The translations under genes and the position numbers were made by a program. From Candidatus Hydrothermarchaeales archaeon (lineage in GTDB: Archaea; Hydrothermarchaeota; Hydrothermarchaeia; Hydrothermarchaeales; JAZGAD01), in NCBI GenBank assembly GCA_036444275.1, contig JAZGAD010000028.1, positions 1-64,000 of the forward strand: 64,000 nt of DNA, in the 5' to 3' direction. How positions within the stretch are numbered: position 1 is the stretch's first letter; each line of letters begins with the position of its first letter. This document shows positions 7,222 to 17,327 of this stretch, in pieces. The notes below the pieces were generated by a model that was not told where the DNA came from, did not search any database, and was given only the letters and a program-made list of their open reading frames with translations.

Positions 7222-7967
7222 TGAAAATGATGATGGCTCCGATTAATGAGATATTCTGCTCGGTACAAGGGGAAGGACCTTACGTGGGCGTGAGGCAGGC
7301 CTTCGTGCGGTTCGAGGGATGCAATTTGAGCTGTAAGTATTGTGATACGCCAGAGGCGAAAAGAGCTGGCCAAAAATGCATGGTGGAAGTAACACCAGGT
7401 AAGAGAGATTTCACGCAACTGGACAACCCGTTGGATAACGAGAAAATAGTAGAGGTAGTCGAGAAATACGGCAAAATACACTCTGTATCCCTAACTGGAG
7501 GGGAACCGTTGTTACATGCGAATTTTATCAGGGATTTAAAGGTGAACGCACCTCTCTATTTAGAGACGAACATGACCCTTCCTGAAAAGGCAGCGCTGGT
7601 TAAGGATCGTGTGAGGTACGTGGCAGGTGATTTTAAACTCAGCGACGCTTTTGACGATTCTTTTGTTTACGACGGTATAAGGGAAGCGACTATTCGAAGT
7701 TATAAAGTTCTGAGAGGAACGAAAGATAGGGACTGCTTCTGCAAAGTCGTGATTCAGAAGGACAGTAAAATGGACGAAGTTCTATATAACGTGGAGCAGA
7801 TTAACGAGTATATCTCGACAGTAGTGTTGCAGCCTTTAACGCCATTCAGCAATGCGCAAAATAAAACATCTATCACCGAGGTCCTGAAGATGCAAGAAAG
7901 ATTAGCGGACATCGTCGAGGAAGTGAACGTAATACCACAGACGCACAAGATTTGGGGGGCATTGTGA
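7221..7967 (+). CDS. queE: 7-carboxy-7-deazaguanine synthase (radical SAM)
   Basis: EIFCSVQGEG, CNLSCKYCDT, TGGEP, IPQTHK. Confidence 0.95.
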   Translation: MKMMMAPINEIFCSVQGEGPYVGVRQAFVRFEGCNLSCKYCDTPEAKRAGQKCMVEVTPGKRDFTQLDNPLDNEKIVEVVEKYGKIHSVSLTGGEPLLHANFIRDLKVNAPLYLETNMTLPEKAALVKDRVRYVAGDFKLSDAFDDSFVYDGIREATIRSYKVLRGTKDRDCFCKVVIQKDSKMDEVLYNVEQINEYISTVVLQPLTPFSNAQNKTSITEVLKMQERLADIVEEVNVIPQTHKIWGAL

Positions 7968-8293
7968 TGAAGCTAGGAATAATCGAGTACATAGACTGCG
8001 CTCACTATCTGCCCGAGCACAAGAGCTGCGGCAAGATGCATGGGCACACCTACAAAATCGAGGTAACCATCGAGGGAGAGAAGAAAGAAGGCATCGTAAT
8101 AGACTTCCATGAACTGAAAGCGCGAGTCAAGGATGTTCTTGGCGAATACGATCACTGCGCCCTCAACGAGATCCTCGAATTTCCAAGCTGCGAGAACCTC
8201 TGCGAGAACATATACGCCAAGCTGGAGAAGAAGCTGGAGTTTCCATTTACCTTGCGCGTGTGGGAAGGCAAGGGTAAGTGGGTTGAAAAATAA
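7967..8293 (+). CDS. queD: 6-carboxytetrahydropterin synthase
   Basis: AHYL...CGKMHGHTY, YDH..LNE, PSCEN; ATG 7967 overlaps the queE stop. Confidence 0.94.
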   Translation: MKLGIIEYIDCAHYLPEHKSCGKMHGHTYKIEVTIEGEKKEGIVIDFHELKARVKDVLGEYDHCALNEILEFPSCENLCENIYAKLEKKLEFPFTLRVWEGKGKWVEK

Positions 8294-8352
8294 ATAACCT
8301 ATCTGACTAAAAAAATTATTTATACACTCCGTTCCTAGCTTCTAAGGGTGAC

Positions 8353-8895
8353 ATGTTCTACTTTCAAACTACGAATAGACACAAGTTCGCAGAGGCGCAA
8401 GAAATCCTCGGTGGCCGCGGTATAGAGATCGAGCGCATACCCAAAGAATATAGAGAAGTCCAGGCCGCTAGACTAGAGGAAGTTGCCCTTCAAGCGCTTG
8501 GAGAAATAGAACGCAAAGGGGTCTTCATAGAGGATTCTGGTCTATTTGTCAAGGCACTAAAGGGATTCCCAGGGGTATATTCAAGCAACACCCTCGAAAC
8601 CATAGGAGTAGATGGGATCCTCAAACTCATGCAAGGCGTGGATAATAGAAATGCAGAGTTCGTCTCCATAATAGGCCTTAAGACAGAAGAGGTAAAGTTA
8701 TTTAAAGGAATAGTGAAAGGTAGTATTTCTCTCGCTACGAGAGGAAACAGCGGCTTCGGCTATGATCCTATATTCGTACCAGAGGGGTATGAAAGGACTT
8801 TTGCGGAAGATATAAAATTGAAGAATGAGATATCGCATAGGCGGAGAGCGCTGGATAAGCTTGCCAATTACATAAAGAAAGGAGAATCAGAATGA
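8353..8895 (+). CDS. rdgB: XTP/dITP diphosphatase (Ham1/RdgB)
   Basis: TTNRHK, EDSGL, GFPGVYS, GFGYDPIF, SHRRRA. Confidence 0.95.
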   Translation: MFYFQTTNRHKFAEAQEILGGRGIEIERIPKEYREVQAARLEEVALQALGEIERKGVFIEDSGLFVKALKGFPGVYSSNTLETIGVDGILKLMQGVDNRNAEFVSIIGLKTEEVKLFKGIVKGSISLATRGNSGFGYDPIFVPEGYERTFAEDIKLKNEISHRRRALDKLANYIKKGESE

Positions 8896-9347
8896 GTAGA
8901 ATGTATTCTAGGAAGAGAGGAAAATCAAGCTCTACAAGGCCCTATAGAACCTCTCCTCCGAAATGGGTTGAATACTCCCAAGATGAAATAGCGGAGATTA
9001 TAGTAAAGCTCGCCAAGAAGGGAGAGCACCCAAGTAAGATTGGAGTAATACTCCGAGACCAATATGGTATCCCGACCACCAAGCTCATGACCCAGCAGAG
9101 AGTGACCCAGATACTAAAGGAGAAAGGGCTAAGTAAGGAGATCCCAGAAGACCTAATGAACCTCATGAAGACTGCTGTCAACCTGGAGAAACACAGAGCC
9201 ACAAACAAAAAGGATATGGTCTCTAAGAGGGGTATGCAGTTAGTGGAGTCCAAGATCAGGAGGCTCGCCAAGTACTATAAGAGGGAGGGAGTACTGCCCG
9301 CAGAATGGAAATACGATTTGAAGGCCGCGAAGTTGCTGGTGGAGTAG
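8892..9347 (+). CDS. rps15: 30S ribosomal protein S15 (uS15)
   Basis: MSRMYSRKRGKSSS, LRDQYGIP, ESKIRRLAKYYK. Confidence 0.97.
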   Translation: MSRMYSRKRGKSSSTRPYRTSPPKWVEYSQDEIAEIIVKLAKKGEHPSKIGVILRDQYGIPTTKLMTQQRVTQILKEKGLSKEIPEDLMNLMKTAVNLEKHRATNKKDMVSKRGMQLVESKIRRLAKYYKREGVLPAEWKYDLKAAKLLVE

Positions 9348-9374
9348 GGCATGGTATTGGTAGAGTAGAGCCAC

Positions 9375-10811
9375 ATGGATGCGATGCTTAAAGACCTGGA
9401 AGAGGCCTCTAAGCTGCTGAAGGAGCACTTGGAAGAGGGGAAGGCGGTAAGGATAGTAACCCACTACGACGCCGACGGTCTTAGTTCTGGAGCGATAGTT
9501 CACAAGTGTTTAGCCCGGCTTGGAGCGAGTGTGCATACAAGGAGTGTTAAACAGCTCGATGAAGATGTGGCCACCGAGATCTTCTCTGAAGATGAAGATA
9601 CCGATGTAATGCTCTTCGTGGACCTAGGCTCGGGGCAGGTAGATACGATAGCCAAGCTACGTAGCTCTTCAACCCCTACGATAATCCTAGATCACCACCA
9701 GTTCAAGGACGAAAATGAAGAACTAATGCATATCAACCCACACCAGTATGGGATAAATGGGGCAAGAGAGATCAGTGGCGCAGGCATGGCATATCTCCTC
9801 GCTAAGGCCATGGACTCAAGGAACATGGACCTATCCGGCCTGGCCGTTGTAGGTGCTATAGGGGATATACAAGACGCAGATGGCAAGCTGATAGGCCCCA
9901 ACAAAGACATCCTAGAAGACGGGGTAAAAGCTGGAGTGGTGAAGGTAGAGAAGGATCTAAGGCTATTCGGGAGACAGACCAGACCACTATACAAGGCCCT
10001 CGAATACACTACTGATCCCTTCATACCTGGCGTGAGCGGGTCAGAGTCAGCATGCATACAATTCCTAAACGACCTTGACATACCGGTGAAAAAAGGCGAT
10101 TCATTCACACTTTTAGTCGATCTAAGCGAGAGCGAGAGGCAGAGACTAGTCACAGCTTTGATTCTGAGGATGATCGAGCACAAAATAGCTCCGGAGCTCG
10201 CTGAGAGCATAGTGGGCGACGTCTACACCCTCGTAAAAGAGAAGGAGAGGACGCCTCTGAGGGACGCCAAGGAGTACGCTACGCTCCTGAACGGCTGTGG
10301 AAAACACGGCAGCAACGGCATTGGAATAGCAGTATGCCTTGGCGATAGAGGAGCCATCTATAAAAAATCCCTAGAGATGCTGATGAAGCACAAGGGATAT
10401 ATCTCCACCTGCTACACATGGCTCTCTGAAAACCTTGACAGAATAAAAGATATGGAATCCCTCTACTACTTCCACGTTGGAAAAGAGATCGACTCCAATG
10501 TGATAGGTACAGTGGCCTCTATGGTGCTCGGCTCAAGACTCCTGGGCTCAATTAAGCCTGTTATAGCCTTCTCTGAGACTGAAGAAGGGGACATTAAGGT
10601 TTCGTCAAGAGGCACAAAGGAGCTAGTAAAAGATGGCCTGAACCTGGGTAAGACCATGGGTTATGCTTCAGAGAAACTCGGAAAGGCAGATGGCGGGGGG
10701 CACGACATAGCAGCTGGAGCTACCATAGAGAAGGGTCAGGAAGAAGAGTTCCTCAGATACGCGAGAGAAGAGATAGAGAGGCAGTTAAATGCTGGCGAAA
10801 GCAAGGGTTGA
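9375..10811 (+). CDS. RecJ/GAN-like DHH phosphoesterase
   Basis: HYDADG, DLGSG, LDHH, GGGHDIAAG; conserved position after rps15. Confidence 0.92.
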   Translation: MDAMLKDLEEASKLLKEHLEEGKAVRIVTHYDADGLSSGAIVHKCLARLGASVHTRSVKQLDEDVATEIFSEDEDTDVMLFVDLGSGQVDTIAKLRSSSTPTIILDHHQFKDENEELMHINPHQYGINGAREISGAGMAYLLAKAMDSRNMDLSGLAVVGAIGDIQDADGKLIGPNKDILEDGVKAGVVKVEKDLRLFGRQTRPLYKALEYTTDPFIPGVSGSESACIQFLNDLDIPVKKGDSFTLLVDLSESERQRLVTALILRMIEHKIAPELAESIVGDVYTLVKEKERTPLRDAKEYATLLNGCGKHGSNGIGIAVCLGDRGAIYKKSLEMLMKHKGYISTCYTWLSENLDRIKDMESLYYFHVGKEIDSNVIGTVASMVLGSRLLGSIKPVIAFSETEEGDIKVSSRGTKELVKDGLNLGKTMGYASEKLGKADGGGHDIAAGATIEKGQEEEFLRYAREEIERQLNAGESKG

Positions 10812-11043
10812 ATTCCGCTATGAAGACCGAGAGACAGCTGAAAAGATAGCCAGATTGCTGGAGATTGACAATCGGGTAGCCCCTAGGAAGTTGAAGCTGA
10901 AGACGTATAGCGAGGGCGATAGGGTGATTACCGTTTTTGAGCACGGAAAGTTGAATACCTTCCTCGCCACAATAGACGATCTGCTGTTCTCTGAGAAGCT
11001 GATAGAAGGATTGATAGGATATGTTGGATCTAAACCTTGTTAG
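10789..11043 (+). CDS. pcc1: KEOPS complex subunit Pcc1
   Basis: Size, DN motif, ATIDDLL helix, synteny rps15-recJ-pcc1-serS. Confidence 0.82.
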   Translation: MLAKARVEFRYEDRETAEKIARLLEIDNRVAPRKLKLKTYSEGDRVITVFEHGKLNTFLATIDDLLFSEKLIEGLIGYVGSKPC

Positions 11044-12304
11044 GAGCGAGCCAGAGGTAGTGAGGAGGGACCTGCAGAAGAGGGGTGCCTTGGATAAACT
11101 CACCCTGCTGGACGAGCTGTTGGAGTGGGACGAAAAAAGAAGAGAACTCATAACGAAGGCCAACAAACTGAAGCACAAGAGGAACATCATCTCCCAGGAG
11201 ATCTCTGAGCTCAAGGCAAGCGGCAAAGACTTCACCCAAAAAAAGAAGGAAATCGAGAAGCTGCCAAGTGAAATCAAGGCCATAGATGAAAAGATCAAGA
11301 AAAGCGGAGAGGAGGTAAGGCAGCGCCTCTATCGTCTGCCGAACTTGCTGCACGAATCAGTTCCAGAAGGCAGTGGCGAGGAGGACAATCAGGAATTGAG
11401 AAAATGGGGTGATAAGAAGGAGTTTGACTTCACCCCTAAGGATCATATTGACTTGAGCCTTGACCTTGGGCTAGCAGATGTCGAGAGGGCTGCCAAGGTC
11501 GCTGGAGCAAGATTCTATTACTTGAGAGGAGATTTAGTGCTCCTGAACTATGCCCTACTCAAATTCTCTTTGGATTTGCTAGAGAAAAAAGGCTTCGTCC
11601 TATATCAGCCACCCTATATGCTCCGCCGGAAAGGGGTGGAGAGTGCCACTGACCTAGCGGACTTCGAGGAGGTAATCTACAAGGTTGAAGGCGAGGACCT
11701 ATATCTTATACCCACTTCTGAGCATCCTTTACTCGCTCTGCACCTAGACGAAATCCTAGATGGTAAAGGCCTGCCACTAAAATATGGTGGGATAAGCCCA
11801 TGCTTCAGGAAAGAGGCAGGGGCTCATGGTAGGGATACCAAAGGTATCTTCCGGGTGCATCAATTCGAGAAGGTAGAGCAGTTCGTCTTCTGCAAACCCG
11901 CAGACTCATGGAAGTTGCATGAAGAGTTGATAACAAACGCTGAGGAGCTTCTTCGAAAGCTGGAGATCCCATACCGAGTTATGAATGTCTGCACGGGTGA
12001 TATAGGAACGGTGGCAGCAAAGAAATACGACCTAGAGGCGTGGCTTCCGGGACAGGCGCGCTACCGAGAGGTTGTATCCTGTAGCAACTGCACTGACTAC
12101 CAAGCAAGACGAGGAAATATTCGCTACCGGGATAACCCTGGAGAGCCAACGCAATTTGTACACACCATCAACAGCACTTTGACTGCGAGCGAGCGAACCC
12201 TGATAGCAATAATGGAGAACTACCAGCAGAAGGATGGAAGCGTGAGGATACCCCATGCCCTTATACCTTACATGAGTGGTAAAGAGGTGATAGAGAAGAA
12301 GTGA
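11021..12304 (+). CDS. serS: Seryl-tRNA synthetase (standard type, not the methanogen type)
   Basis: N-terminal coiled coil, PTSEH, FRKEAG, FRVHQFEKVE, SCSNCTDYQARR. Confidence 0.97.
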   Translation: MLDLNLVRSEPEVVRRDLQKRGALDKLTLLDELLEWDEKRRELITKANKLKHKRNIISQEISELKASGKDFTQKKKEIEKLPSEIKAIDEKIKKSGEEVRQRLYRLPNLLHESVPEGSGEEDNQELRKWGDKKEFDFTPKDHIDLSLDLGLADVERAAKVAGARFYYLRGDLVLLNYALLKFSLDLLEKKGFVLYQPPYMLRRKGVESATDLADFEEVIYKVEGEDLYLIPTSEHPLLALHLDEILDGKGLPLKYGGISPCFRKEAGAHGRDTKGIFRVHQFEKVEQFVFCKPADSWKLHEELITNAEELLRKLEIPYRVMNVCTGDIGTVAAKKYDLEAWLPGQARYREVVSCSNCTDYQARRGNIRYRDNPGEPTQFVHTINSTLTASERTLIAIMENYQQKDGSVRIPHALIPYMSGKEVIEKK

Positions 12305-12450
12305 ATTACTAGGGCAAACAGCCAAGAACGCTGTGACTGAGGATACCCCCATAGATAAAAAAAGTAGTAACTGAATGGAGTCGAGTAATTGAGCACACCT
12401 CATGTGAGTATCAACTTTAAGCCCTTCTTCTCTAATACTCAAGTCGGGTA

Positions 12451-13929
12451 ATGACCATGATAGGGGTACTCACTACGGAGGATTTCAGGGTCATTCTATC
12501 CAATTTGGGTAAAGTAGTAGGCATCGTGAGCCCAGTCTTTCTAGTGCCGTTAATAGCTGTTTACTACTACGGCGAACTAGAGTACATCTGGGATTTCGTT
12601 CTCCCCTTTTTGCTAGCCCTTGTATTGGCTGCCGCCTTGATGTTTCTATTTCGCACCGAGCAGGAGATGCGGATTCGTCATGCCGTTGCACTGACGGCTA
12701 TCAGCTACTTGGTCTTCTCCTTTCTCGGGGCTATTCCAATCCTCAAGGTCTCACCTACCTTTTTAGACGCCCTATTCGAATCAGTCTCTGGATGGAGCAC
12801 TACAGGGCTATCGACGATAGCTGCAAACGCCGATACATTCCCACATTCCATTAACCTCTGGAGGCACCTGATGCAATATATTGGTGGCTTGGGCATAGTG
12901 GTCATGTCCCTCGTGGTCCTTTCAAGAGCTGGCACTGGTGTAGAGAGCACCGTCTTCTATACTGCTGAGGGACGAACAGAGAGGATAGGCGCTAGTATAG
13001 TCTCCACTGTCCGCTCTCTCCTATCCATCTACGTCGTATTCTTCGTCTTTGGAGCTATTGCCCTCAACCTCTTCGGCATGACCTGGTTTGACGCCATCTG
13101 CCACTCTATGGCTGGTTTCAGCACCGGCGGATTTTCGACACATGCAGAAAGCATTGGATTTTTCAGAAGCAATTCCTTGGAGCTGATTACCCTCATAATA
13201 ATGGTGATGGGAGCAACGAATTTTGCCCTCTATTACGTCCTAATCAGAGGCAGAATCAACGAGCTATGGAAGAACCTCGAGATCAGGATCTTTGCCATCT
13301 TATTAGGTGCACTCGCTCTGCCGACCATCCTATGGCTAAATAAGGAGGCTTATCCTGCGTCAGAGGGCTTTAGACTGGGATTCTACCAGATAACCTCGGC
13401 ACTGACCACAACGGGCTGGATGACTGAGCCGAGCGGTAAGATGGCAACCCTATGGGCGCCATTCGCCTTAGGTCTAACCGCCCTAGCCATGAGCATAGGG
13501 GCCAGCACTGGATCCACCGGAGGGGGCATTAAGAGGATGCGTTTTGGGCTCCTGCTCAAGTCCATTCGGTGGAAGGTCCAGGAGACCCTATCCCCTGAAG
13601 CCGCAGTCATAGTCAAGAAGTTTCACCACATTGAGGACAGGATCTTAGAGGACAATACCATGAATGATATCTTCATAATGGTCTCTGCCTATGGGGTTCT
13701 CCTTGTGCTATCGACGCTGATAACCGCTGCATATGGCTATTCCCTCGGCGATTCCTTCTTCGAGGCCTCCTCAGCCTTAGGTACTATAGGCATGAGCTCA
13801 GGGATTACAGGCCTTGGAATGCCCGGAGCCTTAAAGGTGGTTTTCATGATAGATATGTGGGCCGGCCGTCTGGAGGTCCTGCCCGTGTTAGTGTTCCTCG
13901 CCTCCCTAAAGGGCTTGATCATGAGGTGA
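12451..13929 (+). CDS. trkH: Trk potassium uptake membrane subunit
   Basis: Four pore motifs (SGWSTTG, FSTGGFS, LTTTG, LGTIG), GSTGGGIK, AGRLE. Confidence 0.95.
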   Translation: MTMIGVLTTEDFRVILSNLGKVVGIVSPVFLVPLIAVYYYGELEYIWDFVLPFLLALVLAAALMFLFRTEQEMRIRHAVALTAISYLVFSFLGAIPILKVSPTFLDALFESVSGWSTTGLSTIAANADTFPHSINLWRHLMQYIGGLGIVVMSLVVLSRAGTGVESTVFYTAEGRTERIGASIVSTVRSLLSIYVVFFVFGAIALNLFGMTWFDAICHSMAGFSTGGFSTHAESIGFFRSNSLELITLIIMVMGATNFALYYVLIRGRINELWKNLEIRIFAILLGALALPTILWLNKEAYPASEGFRLGFYQITSALTTTGWMTEPSGKMATLWAPFALGLTALAMSIGASTGSTGGGIKRMRFGLLLKSIRWKVQETLSPEAAVIVKKFHHIEDRILEDNTMNDIFIMVSAYGVLLVLSTLITAAYGYSLGDSFFEASSALGTIGMSSGITGLGMPGALKVVFMIDMWAGRLEVLPVLVFLASLKGLIMR

Positions 13930-14566
13930 GATGAGAGAGGAGTTCCTCAAGGTTTTTTCTTCTCGTCAGGACTAGAATCTTATCCCCTGCCTTGAGACTA
14001 GTATCCCCGTAAGGGATCACCCCTTTACCATCTCTGTATATAATTAAGACCCGAGATTCTCTTGGAAACCCCAATTCCCTTATGCGCTTCCCAGCAGCAA
14101 TGCTGCCCTCTTCAATGATGTGCTCCACTATCTCGAAGTCCTCTTCCAGTACACATACCGTCTTTACTCCCCCGATTACGGCATCCCTGAAGGCAGTAGC
14201 CGCAATATATGCTGGTGTAAGTACAACATCAACGCCCAATTTCTCGAATAGCTCTCTATCCCCTCCCCGATTCGCCCTGGCTATGACCTTGCCTACTCCT
14301 TTTATCTTAGCTATCTCGCAGGCCATAAGGTTCGTCTCGTCGCTCCCAGTTAACGCCATGAACACCTCCATATCCATTAATCCAGCATCCTCTAATTCAT
14401 CCACATCGGTTCCATCGGCATTAATAACAGCTATGTCCAAGTCCTCGGCTAGGGCCTCCGCTGCCTTTGCATCCTCTTCGAAAAGCGTTATTTCATGGCC
14501 GTCTTCCCTCAGACGTCTAGCGACCTCGCCTCCTAGACGACTTCCCCCTATTATCATTATGCGCAT
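13919..14566 (-). CDS. trkA: TrkA family RCK regulatory subunit
   Basis: IIGGSRLG Rossmann motif, DETNL, TrkA_C domain; convergent with trkH. Confidence 0.93.
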   Translation of the reverse strand: MRIMIIGGSRLGGEVARRLREDGHEITLFEEDAKAAEALAEDLDIAVINADGTDVDELEDAGLMDMEVFMALTGSDETNLMACEIAKIKGVGKVIARANRGGDRELFEKLGVDVVLTPAYIAATAFRDAVIGGVKTVCVLEEDFEIVEHIIEEGSIAAGKRIRELGFPRESRVLIIYRDGKGVIPYGDTSLKAGDKILVLTRRKNLEELLSHLTS

Positions 14567-14724
14567 ATTCTTGCCTCCTTTTAGTCTACTCCGACATCAG
14601 GGAAAAAGGTACTTCACTTGTATGGGCCCTCCTATGAGGAATGAGTAACAGTTATATATAAGGTTTCTAAAGTAGATACCTCCTAATCCTCTCAACGGTA
14701 TGTGACAAATTTTGGAGACAGTAA

Positions 14725-15327
14725 ATGGCGAGAGCTACGAAAAAGCGGAAAGGAATCGACACCTGGAAGAGCAAGAAGTGGTATGAGATTCTAGCGCCCG
14801 AGATGTTTGACGAGGCCAATATAGGTGAAACCATTGCCTCTGATCCCTCGGAGCTTAAGGGTCGTGTGATAGAAACCACTATGCATGACCTAACGGGGGA
14901 TTTCTCTAAACATCACATAAAGCTGCGATTCCAGATTGTAGATGTGAAGGGAGGTAAGGCATATACCAAATTCGCTGGACAATCCCTCTCAAGGGATTAC
15001 ATGAGGAGCCAGATAAGAAGAAAGACCACCCGAGTGGAGGGTGTTACTGATGTAGAGACCAACGACGGGCAAAAGCTCAGGGTTAAGACCATTGCCCTTG
15101 CAGTAGGTAGAGCGCAAACTGCACAGGAGCGGCTGATTCGTAGGATAATGTCTGAGCGGGTTAGAGAGATTGCTCGATCATTATCTCTAAATCACTTTAT
15201 CCGTGAAGTGGTACTAGGAAAGGTTTCCACGGAGATGTACAGGAGGGCGCAAAAAATTTACCCCATTAAACGTGTGGAAGTAAGGAAGATGAAACTTCTG
15301 GAATCCAAAACGTCGCTTCAAAAATAG
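14725..15327 (+). CDS. rps3ae: 30S ribosomal protein S3ae (eS1)
   Basis: DTWKSKKWY, GRVIETT..DLTGD, IYPIKRVEVRK. Confidence 0.96.
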   Translation: MARATKKRKGIDTWKSKKWYEILAPEMFDEANIGETIASDPSELKGRVIETTMHDLTGDFSKHHIKLRFQIVDVKGGKAYTKFAGQSLSRDYMRSQIRRKTTRVEGVTDVETNDGQKLRVKTIALAVGRAQTAQERLIRRIMSERVREIARSLSLNHFIREVVLGKVSTEMYRRAQKIYPIKRVEVRKMKLLESKTSLQK

Positions 15328-15349
15328 CTGAATTTAAATCGGTGGCACA

Positions 15350-16060
15350 ATGCTATTGGAATTACTGGTATTATCGATCCTTGCATTGACTATATACACG
15401 CGGGGCGTTTTAGATCTGAAGGGCACACTCGTAGCCACTATTCTAGGGGGGGTGATACTCTTCCTAGCAGGCCCCCCTTGGTTCCTCCTTCTCCTGATAT
15501 TCTTATTCATAGGTTATGTTGCCACAAAGTACCGTTATCCCTATAAAGAAGGGCTCCATACCGCTGAGGGAAACATGGGAAAACGGAGCGCCACTAATGC
15601 CCTAGCCAACGGCCTGATACCGACCTTCTTTGCTATCATATGGTATATCACCGGGGGAAAAGCTCTAAGCCCACTCATTGCAGGATATATAGCTTCCATA
15701 GCAACTGTCACAGGGGATACCCTTTCCTCTGAAATAGGGGTTCTGAGCGAGAAGACACCTGTATTGATAACCTCTTTCAAAAAGGTTTCACCCGGCACTC
15801 ACGGCGGCGTATCTTATCTAGGGGAGGTCATAGGTATTCTAGGCACGGCTCTGATAGGTATCTCTGCTTGGCTGCTCGGAATAGCTTCATTGGCTGTGGC
15901 TCTTTCAGTAGCAGTCATAGGAGGCGCCATCGGGTTTCATTTTGACAGCCTATTGGGAGCCATCTTCGAGAGGAAGGGACTTTGCAGCAACGCCACTGTG
16001 AATTTTCTATCCACGATCGCTGGAAGCCTTACAGGTCTATCATTAGCACTAGTCCTCTGA
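15350..16060 (+). CDS. DUF92 (TIGR00297-like) membrane protein
   Basis: RSATNALANG, GDTLSSEIG, PGTHGGVS, DSLLGA..E, NATVN. Confidence 0.9.
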   Translation: MLLELLVLSILALTIYTRGVLDLKGTLVATILGGVILFLAGPPWFLLLLIFLFIGYVATKYRYPYKEGLHTAEGNMGKRSATNALANGLIPTFFAIIWYITGGKALSPLIAGYIASIATVTGDTLSSEIGVLSEKTPVLITSFKKVSPGTHGGVSYLGEVIGILGTALIGISAWLLGIASLAVALSVAVIGGAIGFHFDSLLGAIFERKGLCSNATVNFLSTIAGSLTGLSLALVL

Positions 16061-16118
16061 TCCATATTTGTATGCGGAAAAGTATTTATCGATTCAGGGT
16101 GTAGCTTTTTGAGTAGAA

Positions 16119-17324
16119 ATGAAGGCCCTTATGTTAATCCTTGATGGTGCGGCGGATAGGCCTCTGAGGGATTTGGATGGGAATACACCCTTGGAAGCAG
16201 CTACCGTGCCCAATCTTAACGCCTTAGCCAGCCTAGGCGTAAACGGCCTCTTGGATCCTATCGCGCCTGGGATAAGAGTCGGCTCTGATACTACGCATCT
16301 CGCCTTACTTGGCTATGATCCCTATGAGATCTACTCTGGCAGGGGGCCCTTCGAAGCCCTCGGCATTGGCCTCGATCTAGGGAAAGGCGACATAGCTTTG
16401 AGATGTAATTTTGCCACGGTAAAGGAAGACACAACCGTGTTGGATAGGCGTGCAGGAAGGATAAGCGAGGGGACCCAAAGGCTGGCTGAAGCATTAACTC
16501 AGATTGATTTAGGTCAAGACATAATCTTCAAGGAATCCGTAGACCACCGAGGAGTGCTCGTCCTCCGGGGTAAAGGACGCGAACTCAACCCACGGGTATC
16601 AGATTCTGATCCCCACCGCGTTGGTGAAAAGATACAGCGAGTTGTTGCCCTCGATGATTCAACTGCCGCTAAGGCCACAGCTGATTTGTTGAATGACTTC
16701 TCCGAGAAGGCTAGGAAGGTGCTCAAGGCGCATGAAGTCAACAAGCTTAGGAGGAAAGAGGGGAAACCCCCAGCTAATGCCATCCTCTTAAGAGGCTGTG
16801 GAAAAGCTGTGCCCACCGAGTCCTTCAGAGACAAGTACTGTATGAAAGGTTCATGTATGGCGACAGTGGCGATAATAAAGGGGATAGCCAGAGCAACCGA
16901 CATGGACCTCCTCGATGTTCCAGTAGATTACTCCACACGGGTGAAGCGTGCATTAGACTCCCTGGAAGAATGTGACTTCCTCCTCATGAACATAAAGGAG
17001 CCTGATGAGGCATCTCACGACCACGACCACGAGAAGAAGATGCAACTGATAAAGGAGATAGACTCGGCTGTAGCACCCCTCCTTGACTTCGTAGAGGAAA
17101 ACTACCTCGTAATCCTCAGCGATCACACTACCTCTACGAGCTACGGAGACCACACAGGCGACCCAGTGCCTCTAACCATCGTAGGTCCGGAAGTAAGGAG
17201 CGATGAGATTGAGAAGTTCAATGAACGTTCAGCTGCAAAAGGTGGCCTTGGACGGATACGTGGCCGGGATCTCATGCCCATCCTAGTAGACCTTATGAAT
17301 AAATCAGAGAAGTTCGGAGCATAG
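16119..17324 (+). CDS. apgM: 2,3-bisphosphoglycerate-independent phosphoglycerate mutase, archaeal type
   Basis: DGAAD, TPLEAA, GSDTTH, GRGPFEA, DEASHD, SDH. Confidence 0.93.
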   Translation: MKALMLILDGAADRPLRDLDGNTPLEAATVPNLNALASLGVNGLLDPIAPGIRVGSDTTHLALLGYDPYEIYSGRGPFEALGIGLDLGKGDIALRCNFATVKEDTTVLDRRAGRISEGTQRLAEALTQIDLGQDIIFKESVDHRGVLVLRGKGRELNPRVSDSDPHRVGEKIQRVVALDDSTAAKATADLLNDFSEKARKVLKAHEVNKLRRKEGKPPANAILLRGCGKAVPTESFRDKYCMKGSCMATVAIIKGIARATDMDLLDVPVDYSTRVKRALDSLEECDFLLMNIKEPDEASHDHDHEKKMQLIKEIDSAVAPLLDFVEENYLVILSDHTTSTSYGDHTGDPVPLTIVGPEVRSDEIEKFNERSAAKGGLGRIRGRDLMPILVDLMNKSEKFGA

Positions 17325-17327
17325 GCG

